Below are positions 30,363 through 39,891 of a stretch of DNA of 64,000 nucleotides, piece by piece. Source of the stretch: an uncultured Thermoplasmata archaeon (GTDB taxonomy: Archaea; Thermoplasmatota; Thermoplasmata; UBA10834). Location of the stretch: NCBI GenBank assembly GCA_963719945.1, contig CAVRDX010000001.1, positions 448,001 through 512,000 on the forward strand. The letters are read 5' to 3'. The first letter of the stretch is position 1; every line of letters starts with the position of its first letter. The notes under the pieces were generated by a model. That model was given only the letters and a program-made list of their open reading frames with translations. It ran no database searches and was not told the DNA's origin. The translations under genes were made by a program, and so were the position numbers.

Positions 30363-30755
30363 TCACCTACTGTAATGTTCAGGGTCCTGGACGACTTCGA
30401 GTTCATTGTTGTCTAGATCGAGGAAGTCTGCGACTATGCCCCCCCAAGGCATTTTAGTGGGCTCGAGAGTGAACACTACACCCTTTCCCTTGAGCTTGCG
30501 ATGGAGTTCGTAGATGTCGTCCGTATCGAACACAATTCCGCTCTGTTTTCTCTCAGTGGACTGTTTTCCAGTTGCATGCAATCCTATCTTGGCCAATGGT
30601 TCGTCTGGCCCGACCTCTGCATGATTGAAAGTCCTTGCGTCAAGGGCAACACGTAGTCCCAAGGTCTTGCTATAGAACTCCAGAGCTCGCTGCATATCGG
30701 ATACCGATATCATCGTCAACCATACGCGAGTTATCCTTCCTCTATTCTCTTCCAT
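30363..30755 (-). CDS. VOC/glyoxalase family protein
   Basis: VSDMQRALEFY..TLGL; PWGG...F.DLDNNELE; start placed at MEENRG after GGGGGTGG. Confidence 0.85.
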   Translation of the reverse strand: MEENRGRITRVWLTMISVSDMQRALEFYSKTLGLRVALDARTFNHAEVGPDEPLAKIGLHATGKQSTERKQSGIVFDTDDIYELHRKLKGKGVVFTLEPTKMPWGGIVADFLDLDNNELEVVQDPEHYSR

Positions 30756-30780
30756 GCGACCACCCCCTTGAGTGGAAATG

Positions 30781-31020
30781 CTATGCAATTTCCTTCTTTC
30801 TCCGGATAAGAGCCTCCTTCTTCTTCCGGGCAAGAGCCTGCTTCCTTTTCCGGAGGAGCGTCTCCTTCTTCTCCCTGACAAGAGACTCTTTTTTTCTCCG
30901 GACAAAAGACTCCTTTCTATTCCGGACAATAGCCTTGATTATCCAATAAACTGCGAGGCATAATACCACTAACAAAAGGACAAGACCTGCCAAAGTGCCA
31001 AGCTCAATGTAAACTGCCAT
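30781..31020 (-). CDS. small single-TM protein with a basic 8-residue repeat tail
   Basis: Strong SD GGAGGA; TM then NRKESFVR/RKKESLVR/EKKETLLR/KRKQALAR/KKKEALIR. Confidence 0.65.
   Translation of the reverse strand: MAVYIELGTLAGLVLLLVVLCLAVYWIIKAIVRNRKESFVRRKKESLVREKKETLLRKRKQALARKKKEALIRRKKEIA
30789..30929. repeat. degenerate 24-bp tandem repeat (~5-6 copies), coding
   Basis: Recurrent ...CTCCTTCTTCTTCCGGACAAGAG-like unit with period 24. Confidence 0.75.
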
Positions 31021-31204
31021 TCCTCCCTTCTAGGTATCTCTGTTCATCTCTATGGCTTTTTCTCATCGACTCATTGGAATTTGAACCCACCAAAATGACT
31101 GGCTCGACCGATTTAGGTACATCATACCCGTCTTATCGCATCTTTGGAAGGCACCTCAAAATTGGACATAAACCCTTTCTCTTTCTCCCTTTGAGGATGA
31201 ATCT

Positions 31205-31360
31205 CTACCTGATGGTGGTAAACCATGCAAAGAGCCAAAACAGCCACGATATGAACCATAATATGCCCAGGGCAAGGAGCCAATTCAAGGTTCCTTCAAT
31301 ATTCTTCAATGAATTCGTCATCTCTGCTGACAGCTGTTGAATCGGCGAACCACTCACCAT
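31205..31360 (-). CDS. small membrane protein
   Basis: 51 aa, coiled N-terminus plus Trp-rich TM; GAGGGA SD. Confidence 0.5.
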   Translation of the reverse strand: MVSGSPIQQLSAEMTNSLKNIEGTLNWLLALGILWFISWLFWLFAWFTTIR

Positions 31361-31544
31361 AGAATTCCCTCGTTTCCGAATCGCCTTTGATGGCTTAAGG
31401 GCTTCTCTCGCCGCTATGGCCTTTTTGTCATGCACTCAGGCGCGTTTCTATGCAGGAATAGCCAGGGATTCGGAACGAATGCGTCTTGGCAAGGGTAGAG
31501 GTTGGGCATAACCAGTGCGGCCGTATACCGTCTTTAATCCAGAG

Positions 31545-31850
31545 CTAAGAGTGTTCGGAGATGTACTCTATCGTTCTGACTGCGATCAACACGACCCAGA
31601 CTATCAATCCAACCACTCCAAAACCAAGAACGACCTTGGCTCGTCGTGTGGCGCCAAAAAACGAGAAGCCGGCTGACATTAGCACCATAACTGCCGTTGC
31701 CGCACCGACTGCGACCGAGGCCAAGCCCAAGAACTCGGCTCTGAAGTAGAGCGAAGACGAAGATACAATCATCACGAAACCGAGGAAGAAGAGGTAGCCG
31801 GCATTCGATTTGCTTTTATCACTATGAGAGTCATTTAACTGTTCTCCCAT
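31545..31850 (-). CDS. small three-TM membrane protein
   Basis: Hydrophobic ORF with GGTGG upstream. Confidence 0.55.
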   Translation of the reverse strand: MGEQLNDSHSDKSKSNAGYLFFLGFVMIVSSSSLYFRAEFLGLASVAVGAATAVMVLMSAGFSFFGATRRAKVVLGFGVVGLIVWVVLIAVRTIEYISEHS

Positions 31851-32099
31851 TGGATTCCACCACTCCCGAACTCGGATGCCCCCATAAAGCCTTTCGCGTC
31901 GTAGACCGCCCATGTCTCAAGAGTGATGGGTCATAGTAGTACCAGAACCATGGAGAAGTACTATGCTCGGGTAAGAGAGGACGACGCAATCGAGGGCCTG
32001 AATCGTCTATTCGAAGATAGAGATGGACCATCAAGAACACAGCCGCGTCCTAAACCTTTGATTGAAAAGCGAGAATATATGTCTGGCTATGCATAGGTG

Positions 32100-32171
32100 T
32101 GGACCCTGTGGGATTTGAACCCACGACCTCTTCCTTGCGAAGGAAGCGATCTTCCACTGATCTAAGGGCCC
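32100..32171 (-). tRNA. tRNA-Ala(CGC)
   Basis: Full cloverleaf, anticodon loop TTCGCAA, G3:U70 pair, discriminator A, CCA not encoded. Confidence 0.97.
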
Positions 32172-32214
32172 GTATGCTTGCTCGGGAGCTGACGAGAGAT
32201 ATTTCTATCTTTCG

Positions 32215-33552
32215 TCAGGCTACAATTCTCAGGATGTTGTCCACGGTCTGTCCCGCCGTGCCCAGATACGCCCTGGGATCCAATGCTGCATCTATGTCCG
32301 CTTCCGACAGCAGGCCAGCAACTTCCTTGTTCGCCATCAAATATGATTTGAAATCCTCGCATGCTCTCTGGGATTCCATGCTGCACTTCCGTATCAGTTC
32401 GTGAGCGTCCTGTCTTCCCATCCCTTTTCCGACGAGTGCGAGAATGACCGATTCGGCCATTATGACGCTTCCAGCCCTTGCAAGATTGCGCTGCATCTGC
32501 TCTTTGTTAACCACAAGGCCCGCGTACATCTGGGTCATCTTTGCAAGCATGTCATCCAACAGTATGAACGAATGCGGGATGAAGAATCGCTCGGCCGATG
32601 AGTTGGTCAGGTCCCTCTCGTGCCATAGGATTGCGCTCTCGAAAGCAGGCGTCATGAATCCCCTGACTATCCTTGCTAGACCACAGACATTCTCCGCAGT
32701 GACAGGATTTTTCTTGTGGGCCATCGTGGAACTGCCGACTTGGTTGTTTTCGTCGAAAGGCTCTGAGACCTCTCCCAACTCCCCTCTCTGGAGGTTCCTG
32801 ACCTCAGTTGCGAACTTCTCAATCGAACATGCGATGTTCGTAAGGACTGCCATCAGCTCAACGTATCTGTCGCGGCCGACTATCTGTGTAGGTCCTTCCT
32901 CGACGCCAAGCCCAAGTTCCTCCATCACAGCCTTCTGGATCTCGGTTGCCTTGGGCCCGAAGCCTGCGCCTGTGCCCACCGCTCCGCTCATCTTGCCCAC
33001 GAGTATCCGCGTGGAGCATTCCCTCAGCCGCTGCTCCTGTCTGTGTATCTCAAGGGCGTAGTTGGCGACCTTGAGTCCGAATGTGATTGGAAGTGCGTAT
33101 TGACCATGGGTCCTGCCGACCATGATAGTGTCACGGTTCTCCTTCGCTCTCTCAGCGAGGACTTTCTTGAACTCTGCGAGATCCTTCTGGATGATCTCGA
33201 TCGCGTCCTTGATCTGTAATGCCGCAGCCGTATCGAGGATGTCATTCGAGGTGGCGCCCACATGCACGTATTTCCCGCTCTCGCCACATTGCTCGCTCAA
33301 CGCGCGTATCAACGCCGTTATCTCATGGTTTATCTTGGCATCGATCTCCTGCACTCGGGCGAGTTTGACGTACCTTGTCGATGCGGTCTTCTTTATGATG
33401 TCCGCATGGTCCTGCTTGATGTTCCCTACCTTGGCATGAGCAAGCGACAATGCAGCCTCCACATCTAGCAGTCGCTGGAGACGGTTCTCCTCTTCGAAAG
33501 TCTTCTTCATTTCGGCTCTGCCGTACCTGAAATCCAATGGACAGACTGGCAT
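32215..33552 (-). CDS. purB: adenylosuccinate lyase
   Basis: HVGATSND, GRTHGQ, GSSTMAHKKNP, HERDLTNSSAER. Confidence 0.96.
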   Translation of the reverse strand: MPVCPLDFRYGRAEMKKTFEEENRLQRLLDVEAALSLAHAKVGNIKQDHADIIKKTASTRYVKLARVQEIDAKINHEITALIRALSEQCGESGKYVHVGATSNDILDTAAALQIKDAIEIIQKDLAEFKKVLAERAKENRDTIMVGRTHGQYALPITFGLKVANYALEIHRQEQRLRECSTRILVGKMSGAVGTGAGFGPKATEIQKAVMEELGLGVEEGPTQIVGRDRYVELMAVLTNIACSIEKFATEVRNLQRGELGEVSEPFDENNQVGSSTMAHKKNPVTAENVCGLARIVRGFMTPAFESAILWHERDLTNSSAERFFIPHSFILLDDMLAKMTQMYAGLVVNKEQMQRNLARAGSVIMAESVILALVGKGMGRQDAHELIRKCSMESQRACEDFKSYLMANKEVAGLLSEADIDAALDPRAYLGTAGQTVDNILRIVA

Positions 33553-33705
33553 GGGACTCTCTCCCGACAATAGGACATATACACAAGAGACATAATGGTT
33601 TCGCGCATCCGGCAGCCCCTCCGTATATTGCCAGGACCCTTATCACCACTGATAACCTGACGAAAACCTGCTTAAATGGTGCCAATGCTCTTTCAATGGA
33701 GCTAG

Positions 33706-34077
33706 ATGACCCCCGAAGAGAAATCCCAGGAAGTGTCCAAGCTTCTGGCGGACAATTATTCCCAGAAGATCCTTGCGTACACCTACTCATCGCCCATGTC
33801 TGCCCAGAAACTGAGCAAGCTATGCCGCATACCCATCGCTGCTTGCTACAGGAGGATACACGAGCTGGAAGAGGCAGGGCTCATAACCATAGACCAGGAG
33901 AAGGAGGTCTATAAAGGTCGTAGAGTGAGGATGTACAAGTGTCGTCTGAAGTCGGCTGCGATCAAATTCTCAAAAGGTAGGTTCTCGGTCAAGTTCGATG
34001 TTCATCCTGAAAATGGCGATTTGGATGAGGAAGACACGGGGAACAGGGTCACGCGTCTGGGGTCCCAGTATTCTTAG
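33706..34077 (+). CDS. winged-HTH (ArsR-like) transcriptional regulator
   Basis: KIL...PMSAQKLS...IPIAACYRRIHELEEAGLI. Confidence 0.8.
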   Translation: MTPEEKSQEVSKLLADNYSQKILAYTYSSPMSAQKLSKLCRIPIAACYRRIHELEEAGLITIDQEKEVYKGRRVRMYKCRLKSAAIKFSKGRFSVKFDVHPENGDLDEEDTGNRVTRLGSQYS

Positions 34078-34670
34078 GCGATGTTCCTTCGGTCCAGCTC
34101 GTTATTCACTAGCGTCAGACAGTGGTCTGCATGGTAGCTGACCGGTCCCAGGGAGATCTTCTTCGGCTCGTAGTTCATCAGTATCTCCTCCTCCTCGGGA
34201 GTGAGGTCCTGGTCGTCACCAAGAACGAATGTGTTGTCCTGAACGAAGTCGCATGACCTGATGTCCACCCCGTCCTCTTTGAGATAGTACATCTGGGACT
34301 CCTTTGAAATGTTCGACAAGACCTCCTCATAGCTGCGTTCGGAGACATATATGCCTGGAGAGCACCTTCTCTCGCCCTCACCCTTCTGCATCAGTGCGTT
34401 CCTGATCAGCGCGGCAGTGCTCCGTTCGTCAGGATTGAGGTATTTGACCTCTGACCCATCGATCCTTATGGTCTTGGGTGGGTTGGGCTCTCCCAGGAGC
34501 ATGAGGGTGATCTCCACGTCTCTTCGGATGGAATGTGATAGAAAGAACGCTGAGTTGACGCATCTGAGGAGGATATCCAATCGTCCGGTCGACCCGCAGA
34601 GGTCATCGAGCTTGAAATCTGCGGACGTGATGGCCCTATGGCCCAATACAACGAACCGTCTCATCGTCAT
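34074..34670 (-). CDS. trmY: tRNA (pseudouridine54-N1)-methyltransferase
   Basis: LDDL.G.TGRLDILLRC, LNPDERS, ISLGP.SYHADHC (SPOUT fold). Confidence 0.93.
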   Translation of the reverse strand: MTMRRFVVLGHRAITSADFKLDDLCGSTGRLDILLRCVNSAFFLSHSIRRDVEITLMLLGEPNPPKTIRIDGSEVKYLNPDERSTAALIRNALMQKGEGERRCSPGIYVSERSYEEVLSNISKESQMYYLKEDGVDIRSCDFVQDNTFVLGDDQDLTPEEEEILMNYEPKKISLGPVSYHADHCLTLVNNELDRRNIA

Positions 34671-36010
34671 GCCTCCTTGGTAGAGAAGTCCGCTCCTTTG
34701 AACTGCTTCATGAGCTGCCTGCGCATCTTCCGGTTGCCCATGAAACCCTTCATGGCCTTCTTGGACATGTCATATTGCTTCAACAGCTCCTTGACTTCCT
34801 TTGTTGTAGTTCCGCTCCCGCGCGCAACCCTGATGATCCTGGACGATTTGATGAGCTTCGGGTTCTCCAGCTCCTCTTCGGTCATGGAATCCATTATAAC
34901 CCTGAACCTTGCCAAACGCTCCTGGGTCGCCTCCATGTCCTGGTCCTGAAGCTTGTCTGACATGCCTGGCAACATGGATGCGATCTTCTTCAGAGGCCCC
35001 ATACCCTGGAGCATCTCCATCTGATCGTACATCTCCTTCAGAGAGAACTTGCCGGACATCATCTTGCGTGCGGATTCTTCGGCCTTCTCCTCATCCATGA
35101 CCTCGCTCGCGACCTCTATGAGGGACTTTATATCCCCCATCCCTAGCAGCCTGCTTATGAACCTATCAGGGTCGAACCGCTCGAGATCCTCGAGATGCTC
35201 TCCCACTCCGACGTAACATATCGGGGCACCTGTCTCCGCGACCGCGCTGAGTGCGCCGCCGCCTTTGGCGGTGCCGTCCAACTTGGTTATTATCACGCCA
35301 GTGACATGAACCGCGTCATGGAACGCCTTCGCCTGAGGACCTGCCTGCTGTCCCGTCTGGGCGTCCAGGACCAGTATCTTCTGCTCAGCGTCGACTATCT
35401 TGGCGACTGATTCGATCTCATCGATCAGGTCGTCCTCTAAGGCGTGTCTGCCAGATGTGTCGAATATGATGACATCGTAATCCGAGAACTCCTTCATCGC
35501 CCGCTTCGCTATCTTGACAGCGCTCTTCTCTTTGGGATCGCCGAACACGGGCACGTTTATCTTGGCGCCTATCTGGGTCAGCTGATCAAAGGCAGCAGGC
35601 CTGTGGACATCGGCGGCAACGAGGCCGACCTTCATGCCCCTCTTGTGGAGGTCCTTGGCCAATTTGCCGGAAGTGGTCGTCTTTCCTTGGCCATAGAGAC
35701 CCACCATCAGGATGCGCTGGGGTTTGGCAGGTATCTCCCTGCCCTTGCCGATGATCTTGACCAGCTCCTCATAGACTATCTTTATGACATGCTCTCGCGA
35801 ACTCATGCCCGCAGGAGGCTTCTCTGTGAGAGCTCTATGCTCGAGCTCCTTGGTCATCGAGATGACGAGCTTGACATTGATGTCGGCTTGGAGGAGCGCA
35901 CGCTGAATATCCTTCACGACTTCCTTGACAAGCCTCTGATCAACATGCGATGCGTTGGCGATCTTTTTTATCGCATCTTTTAGAGCGCCACCGAGGTTTT
36001 CCAGTACCAT
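34667..36010 (-). CDS. srp54: signal recognition particle protein SRP54
   Basis: GLYGQGKTT, DTSGR, TKLDGTAKGGGALSA, Met-rich M domain with RVARGSG. Confidence 0.98.
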   Translation of the reverse strand: MVLENLGGALKDAIKKIANASHVDQRLVKEVVKDIQRALLQADINVKLVISMTKELEHRALTEKPPAGMSSREHVIKIVYEELVKIIGKGREIPAKPQRILMVGLYGQGKTTTSGKLAKDLHKRGMKVGLVAADVHRPAAFDQLTQIGAKINVPVFGDPKEKSAVKIAKRAMKEFSDYDVIIFDTSGRHALEDDLIDEIESVAKIVDAEQKILVLDAQTGQQAGPQAKAFHDAVHVTGVIITKLDGTAKGGGALSAVAETGAPICYVGVGEHLEDLERFDPDRFISRLLGMGDIKSLIEVASEVMDEEKAEESARKMMSGKFSLKEMYDQMEMLQGMGPLKKIASMLPGMSDKLQDQDMEATQERLARFRVIMDSMTEEELENPKLIKSSRIIRVARGSGTTTKEVKELLKQYDMSKKAMKGFMGNRKMRRQLMKQFKGADFSTKEA

Positions 36011-36078
36011 CTGAATCTACTTCCGCCGCTAACGCTACGCTTCGGATAAATATGTTGCGTAGTTGTTCTTTGAATTAC

Positions 36079-36152
36079 AAAAAAAGGGAAGGGAAGGGCT
36101 AGCCTTGTCAGAAGGGATGGGATGCACTCTAACAACTAGCCCAAAATTTCCC
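36079..36152 (-). ncRNA. candidate trans-acting hairpin sRNA with a C-rich loop
   Basis: TATAAATA at 36175-36182 (minus); 15-bp stem with a U.G wobble; loop GUGCAUCCCAUCCCU; UUCCCUUCCC-U7 tail. Confidence 0.6.
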
Positions 36153-36312
36153 GAGTGATATATTGGCGGTGCTCTATTTATACTTGTCGAATCAGCCCTT
36201 AAATACTTTCCCAGGACAGAAGTCTTGGGCGAAGTGCCTAGCCAGCATGTCAAGGAAATAACGTCGCTTTTTCGACTGGCAAGACCCCCTCTTCATGTGG
36301 AGCCTGTGCACC

Positions 36313-37185
36313 TCACATGTACCCGGATTTCTGCAGTACCATGATGTCTTCGGTGCTGAGCTTCTCGCCACTCCGGAACTTGTCGTAGATCTCCTCTGCC
36401 TCTTTCTTGACAGAGTCCTCATCCTTCTCTCTACGAGATTTACGGCCCTTGTCCCGGATGCCCGTTATGATCTTATCGAAATCGTGAACCTGTCGGATAT
36501 GCTCGATGTGTTCGCGGTGCTCCTCGTCAGCAGTCAGTTTTGCCTCAATGAACTTCTCCTGGGCATCATCGGCCTGCTTTCTGATGTCGTCCGCTTGCTC
36601 ATAGAGCTTCAGCATGGCATCGTGCTCCATCTGCGCCTTCTCGGCGTATTCGGAGACCTGTCCGTGGAATGCCTCGGCCTGGTCCTTGGCTTCCCTTGCA
36701 TCGTGCTCAGCGGTCTTTACCTCGGTGAACTGCTCCATCTCCTTCTCCAAGGCGCGTATCTTGTTGCTGAGCGAGGATATCTCTTCGACCAGGGCCCTCT
36801 CCTTCTCTGTGGTCAGGACCGATGTCATATGCTTCTTCTCGAGGGCTCTCAGCTCGGCCTTGTATTTTCGGATCGATTGACCGCTCTTGGGCATGTTCTC
36901 ACGCTTGAGCGTGATGACTTTATCGCTCTGGTCGTTGAACTTCCTGTTCCACTCATCTCTCTTGGCCTTTACTGCTCGGACCTCGGCGTTGAGCTTGTCC
37001 CTCATCTCGCGTCTCGCGTTGGCCTCTTCTATAAGCTTTCGAACCTGTGCGTTCAATTCATCTCTTCGGTCGGCCCATTCCCTGGTCTTCTCATTGAGCT
37101 CATCTCTGAGCCTCTTGTGCCGTTCGGCATCGGCATTGTGCCGTGCCCGCTTCTCTTCGAGTTCCGCAACAAGCTCTTCCGTCAT
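36313..37185 (-). CDS. archaeal long coiled-coil protein (COG1340-like)
   Basis: Continuous E/K/R heptads; C-terminal KAEEIYDKF..GEKLSTEDI..LQ. Confidence 0.8.
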   Translation of the reverse strand: MTEELVAELEEKRARHNADAERHKRLRDELNEKTREWADRRDELNAQVRKLIEEANARREMRDKLNAEVRAVKAKRDEWNRKFNDQSDKVITLKRENMPKSGQSIRKYKAELRALEKKHMTSVLTTEKERALVEEISSLSNKIRALEKEMEQFTEVKTAEHDAREAKDQAEAFHGQVSEYAEKAQMEHDAMLKLYEQADDIRKQADDAQEKFIEAKLTADEEHREHIEHIRQVHDFDKIITGIRDKGRKSRREKDEDSVKKEAEEIYDKFRSGEKLSTEDIMVLQKSGYM

Positions 37186-37422
37186 ACTGTACCAACACGC
37201 CGTCAGAACACACATTGTATTGTGGACGCAGTCAGGACAATGATAGGTCCCGTTTATATCTTTTTCGATGTATGGCAATCGCTTGGTAATGTATCCTCGG
37301 GATGGAATCGTGGTCGTTGGGACGACGAACCAAGGGTCGTCCGAACGCATATTCGTCTCGAAAACATCGGCAATCTGCTTATATGGAATAACACATTAGT
37401 GATTGATAGTCGCGTAGTGGGT

Positions 37423-38112
37423 GTGCGACCAGTGAATGAGAAAGATCTCCAGCTAGTCCAGATTATCAGCTCAGAGATTCAGACAGAAGGAGACAGCGCG
37501 CTGTATCTAATATCGGTGAAGTATACCAATCTGGTCCGATTGAACTTGGTTCTTCTGAAAGCGCTCTTGGAGCAGAAACAGAAGAAAGGCATCATGATAA
37601 CGATCGATCGACCTCATCAATATGTCTCGCATCTCCTCCAGCTCCATAGCATTGATCAGAGCAACCTCACTTTCGTTGATGCCATTTCCATACACTCATC
37701 AGATACGAAAGGCGGTGCAGTCGCTGCGGAATTCCAGAAAGGCCCTTTCCATATCGAGGTGTTGCCGGAGTTCATAGCGGGCTCGAACGGCTCCAATCCT
37801 GCCATCATTTCGGAGTTCTCACATGTCGAGTTCGTCGTGATGGACAATGTGTCCACTCTGCTGACATATAACACGATGGAGAGCGTCGAGACATTCTTCG
37901 CAAAGTATCTCGACGTCGTGAAGAATAGAGCTACCCACCGAGTGATCACTGTATTGGCGATGGACAAGGAGGTCCATTCGATCCTCTTCGAATTTGTGTC
38001 CAAAATTGCGACGAAGACTATCGAATTGTCTCCTGACATGAAGATACAACATGTCTTTCAGGGCAATCCTGGAGGACCGACTGAGCGCGAAATTTCGAAG
38101 GATGTGATGTGA
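37423..38112 (+). CDS. inactive KaiC/RecA-fold-like protein
   Basis: ITIDRP...FVDAIS...VVMDNVSTLLTYN; no Walker A; overlaps the downstream ATPase start region. Confidence 0.65.
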   Translation: MRPVNEKDLQLVQIISSEIQTEGDSALYLISVKYTNLVRLNLVLLKALLEQKQKKGIMITIDRPHQYVSHLLQLHSIDQSNLTFVDAISIHSSDTKGGAVAAEFQKGPFHIEVLPEFIAGSNGSNPAIISEFSHVEFVVMDNVSTLLTYNTMESVETFFAKYLDVVKNRATHRVITVLAMDKEVHSILFEFVSKIATKTIELSPDMKIQHVFQGNPGGPTEREISKDVM

Positions 38113-38114
38113 AT

Positions 38115-38801
38115 ATGAACGAGAATGGCTTTCCGAGACTGAACAGTGGTATTCCAGGCCTGGACGATATGATAGAGGGCGGCTTCCCATATCCCTCGGT
38201 TATTCTCGTTGCTGGCGGAGCCGGCTCTGGGAAGACCACGTTCGCTCAGAAATTCCTGTTCTCAGGCGCTGAGAATGGCGAGCAGGGCCTCTACATCAGT
38301 ACACTGAGCGAGCCAGCGCAGTGGATGCTGAGATATGCGACCCAGTTCGAGTTCGCGAAGCGTGAGTTCTACGGCAAGGAGATTGTGTACTTCGACCTCG
38401 GCCTCGAGCTCCGAAAGAGAAGCGGAGAGGAGATACTCGACATCATAGACACGAAGATCGCAGAAGTGATGCCCACGAGGATCGTCATCGATCCAATCAC
38501 GGTCGTGGGAACCATGATGAAGGATGATTACAGGATATTCGCGTTCGATCTCACGACCAGATTGAAGAATTGGCAGGCCGTCACCCTTCTGACCGGCGAA
38601 GTGCATCCGGGCGAGCTGTATCCCGCCGAGATATCGTATGCAGTAGACGGGGTCATCCTTCTGATGCTCTCCGACGAAGGCGATGCCAGACGAAAATACA
38701 TAGAGGTGCTCAAGATGAGAGGCACCAACCATCTGACTGGGAAGCAGTCAGTCGATATAACGCGCAAAGATGGCGTGATTGTGCTCAAGGCGAGATTCTG
38801 A
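38115..38801 (+). CDS. KaiC-like (RAD55 family) single-domain ATPase
   Basis: SGIPGLD...GGAGSGKT, RIVIDPI, VDGVI, KMRGT. Confidence 0.92.
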   Translation: MNENGFPRLNSGIPGLDDMIEGGFPYPSVILVAGGAGSGKTTFAQKFLFSGAENGEQGLYISTLSEPAQWMLRYATQFEFAKREFYGKEIVYFDLGLELRKRSGEEILDIIDTKIAEVMPTRIVIDPITVVGTMMKDDYRIFAFDLTTRLKNWQAVTLLTGEVHPGELYPAEISYAVDGVILLMLSDEGDARRKYIEVLKMRGTNHLTGKQSVDITRKDGVIVLKARF

Positions 38802-38935
38802 ACCTCCTGGCGCCTAAGCACTGGCGTGTTCGGGTGTTATCAGCGCTGATTTCTGTGTCGACACCCGTATAAGTAATCCTCTCCAATTGTAAACTGAGAG
38901 AAACGATTCGAAACACTGAAGAGAGGATATGGGAG

Positions 38936-39880
38936 ATGAAAGCGAACCGCGAGAAGACTGATGAAAGAACCGACGATAATGATGCTCCAGACGAGGCCAG
39001 GAGATTAGGCAAGAAAGGTACGTTCATCACTGTCAAGGAAGAGAAGAGACATCTGAGGCGGGTCGTAAAGGCGAAGCCTATGAGCAGAAAGCACATGGCG
39101 GATGCCCTGAAAGCTCCCAAGGTGACCCGGGATGATATCCAGATCACCGCTCAAGTTCTAGATCAGTTCGTTGCCAAGCCTTCTAGCGCACCTCCGAGGC
39201 CCATAAGGCGGACTTTCCAATGCTTCGAGTGTGGCACACAGATGCCTGACGGCTCAGAGATGTGCCCGAAATGCCGCACATTGTACATACAAGGAATTGA
39301 CGAGGAGCAGATGGAGGAACTCTTGCGCGCCGAGAACCTCAAGGAATTCCAGCCAGAGGATTTCGTTGCAAAGGACGGCAATCCCATGATACACTTCGAC
39401 GCCGAGCTGGGCATTCTGCACTATCTGGAGGACGATAAGGGTGATCCAGACTTCGTCTTCGAGTGCACACATTGCGGTACAGTGGTTGAATTGAACACTG
39501 ACAGATGTCCGTTATGCGGCACCCGGCTGGAGCTTGGAGACACCGGTCTTGTGGGCATATTCGCGGATATGGAGTTCGACAACAACCCGCTCGATGAGGT
39601 AGACTGTCCTTTCTGCGGGCAGCATGGTGTGCTCGATTCAGGGAAGTGCTCCGCTTGTGGTCAGATGATTGAGAATCCAGATGGCATCGATGCTGGCAAG
39701 ATAATGCCCGTCCTGAAGGTTGACAATGTCGTGTTCCTTCATCTCGATATAGAGACGGGTGATGTGAATTATCTCCAGAGGGCTGCTAACAAGCCAGGCT
39801 TCGAGCACGCGTCAGTGCATCTGCAAGGCATCGGAAGCAGCAACTTCGACCAGGAATGGTCCGGTCTGTCAAGGATTTAG
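38936..39880 (+). CDS. multi zinc-ribbon protein
   Basis: Three CxxC...CxxC ribbons (CFEC/CPKC, CTHC/CPLC, CPFC/CSAC). Confidence 0.75.
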   Translation: MKANREKTDERTDDNDAPDEARRLGKKGTFITVKEEKRHLRRVVKAKPMSRKHMADALKAPKVTRDDIQITAQVLDQFVAKPSSAPPRPIRRTFQCFECGTQMPDGSEMCPKCRTLYIQGIDEEQMEELLRAENLKEFQPEDFVAKDGNPMIHFDAELGILHYLEDDKGDPDFVFECTHCGTVVELNTDRCPLCGTRLELGDTGLVGIFADMEFDNNPLDEVDCPFCGQHGVLDSGKCSACGQMIENPDGIDAGKIMPVLKVDNVVFLHLDIETGDVNYLQRAANKPGFEHASVHLQGIGSSNFDQEWSGLSRI

Positions 39881-39891
39881 GTTGTGATACG

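Noticed and set aside
30756-30929. Repeat-encoded N-terminal extension of the VOC protein (LLSGRRRR...)
   Set aside because: It is an alternative frame of the 24-bp repeat; the VOC gene has its own SD and ATG at 30755.
30789-30929. CRISPR array
   Set aside because: The repeats are contiguous and degenerate, with no spacers and no cas genes.
27940-32171. Intact provirus or integrative element at tRNA-Ala
   Set aside because: No integrase, att duplication, replication or structural genes were found.
36295-37422. N-terminal half of the 605-aa plus-strand ORF
   Set aside because: It is the antisense shadow of the coiled-coil gene; only the part from ~37423 looks like a real protein.
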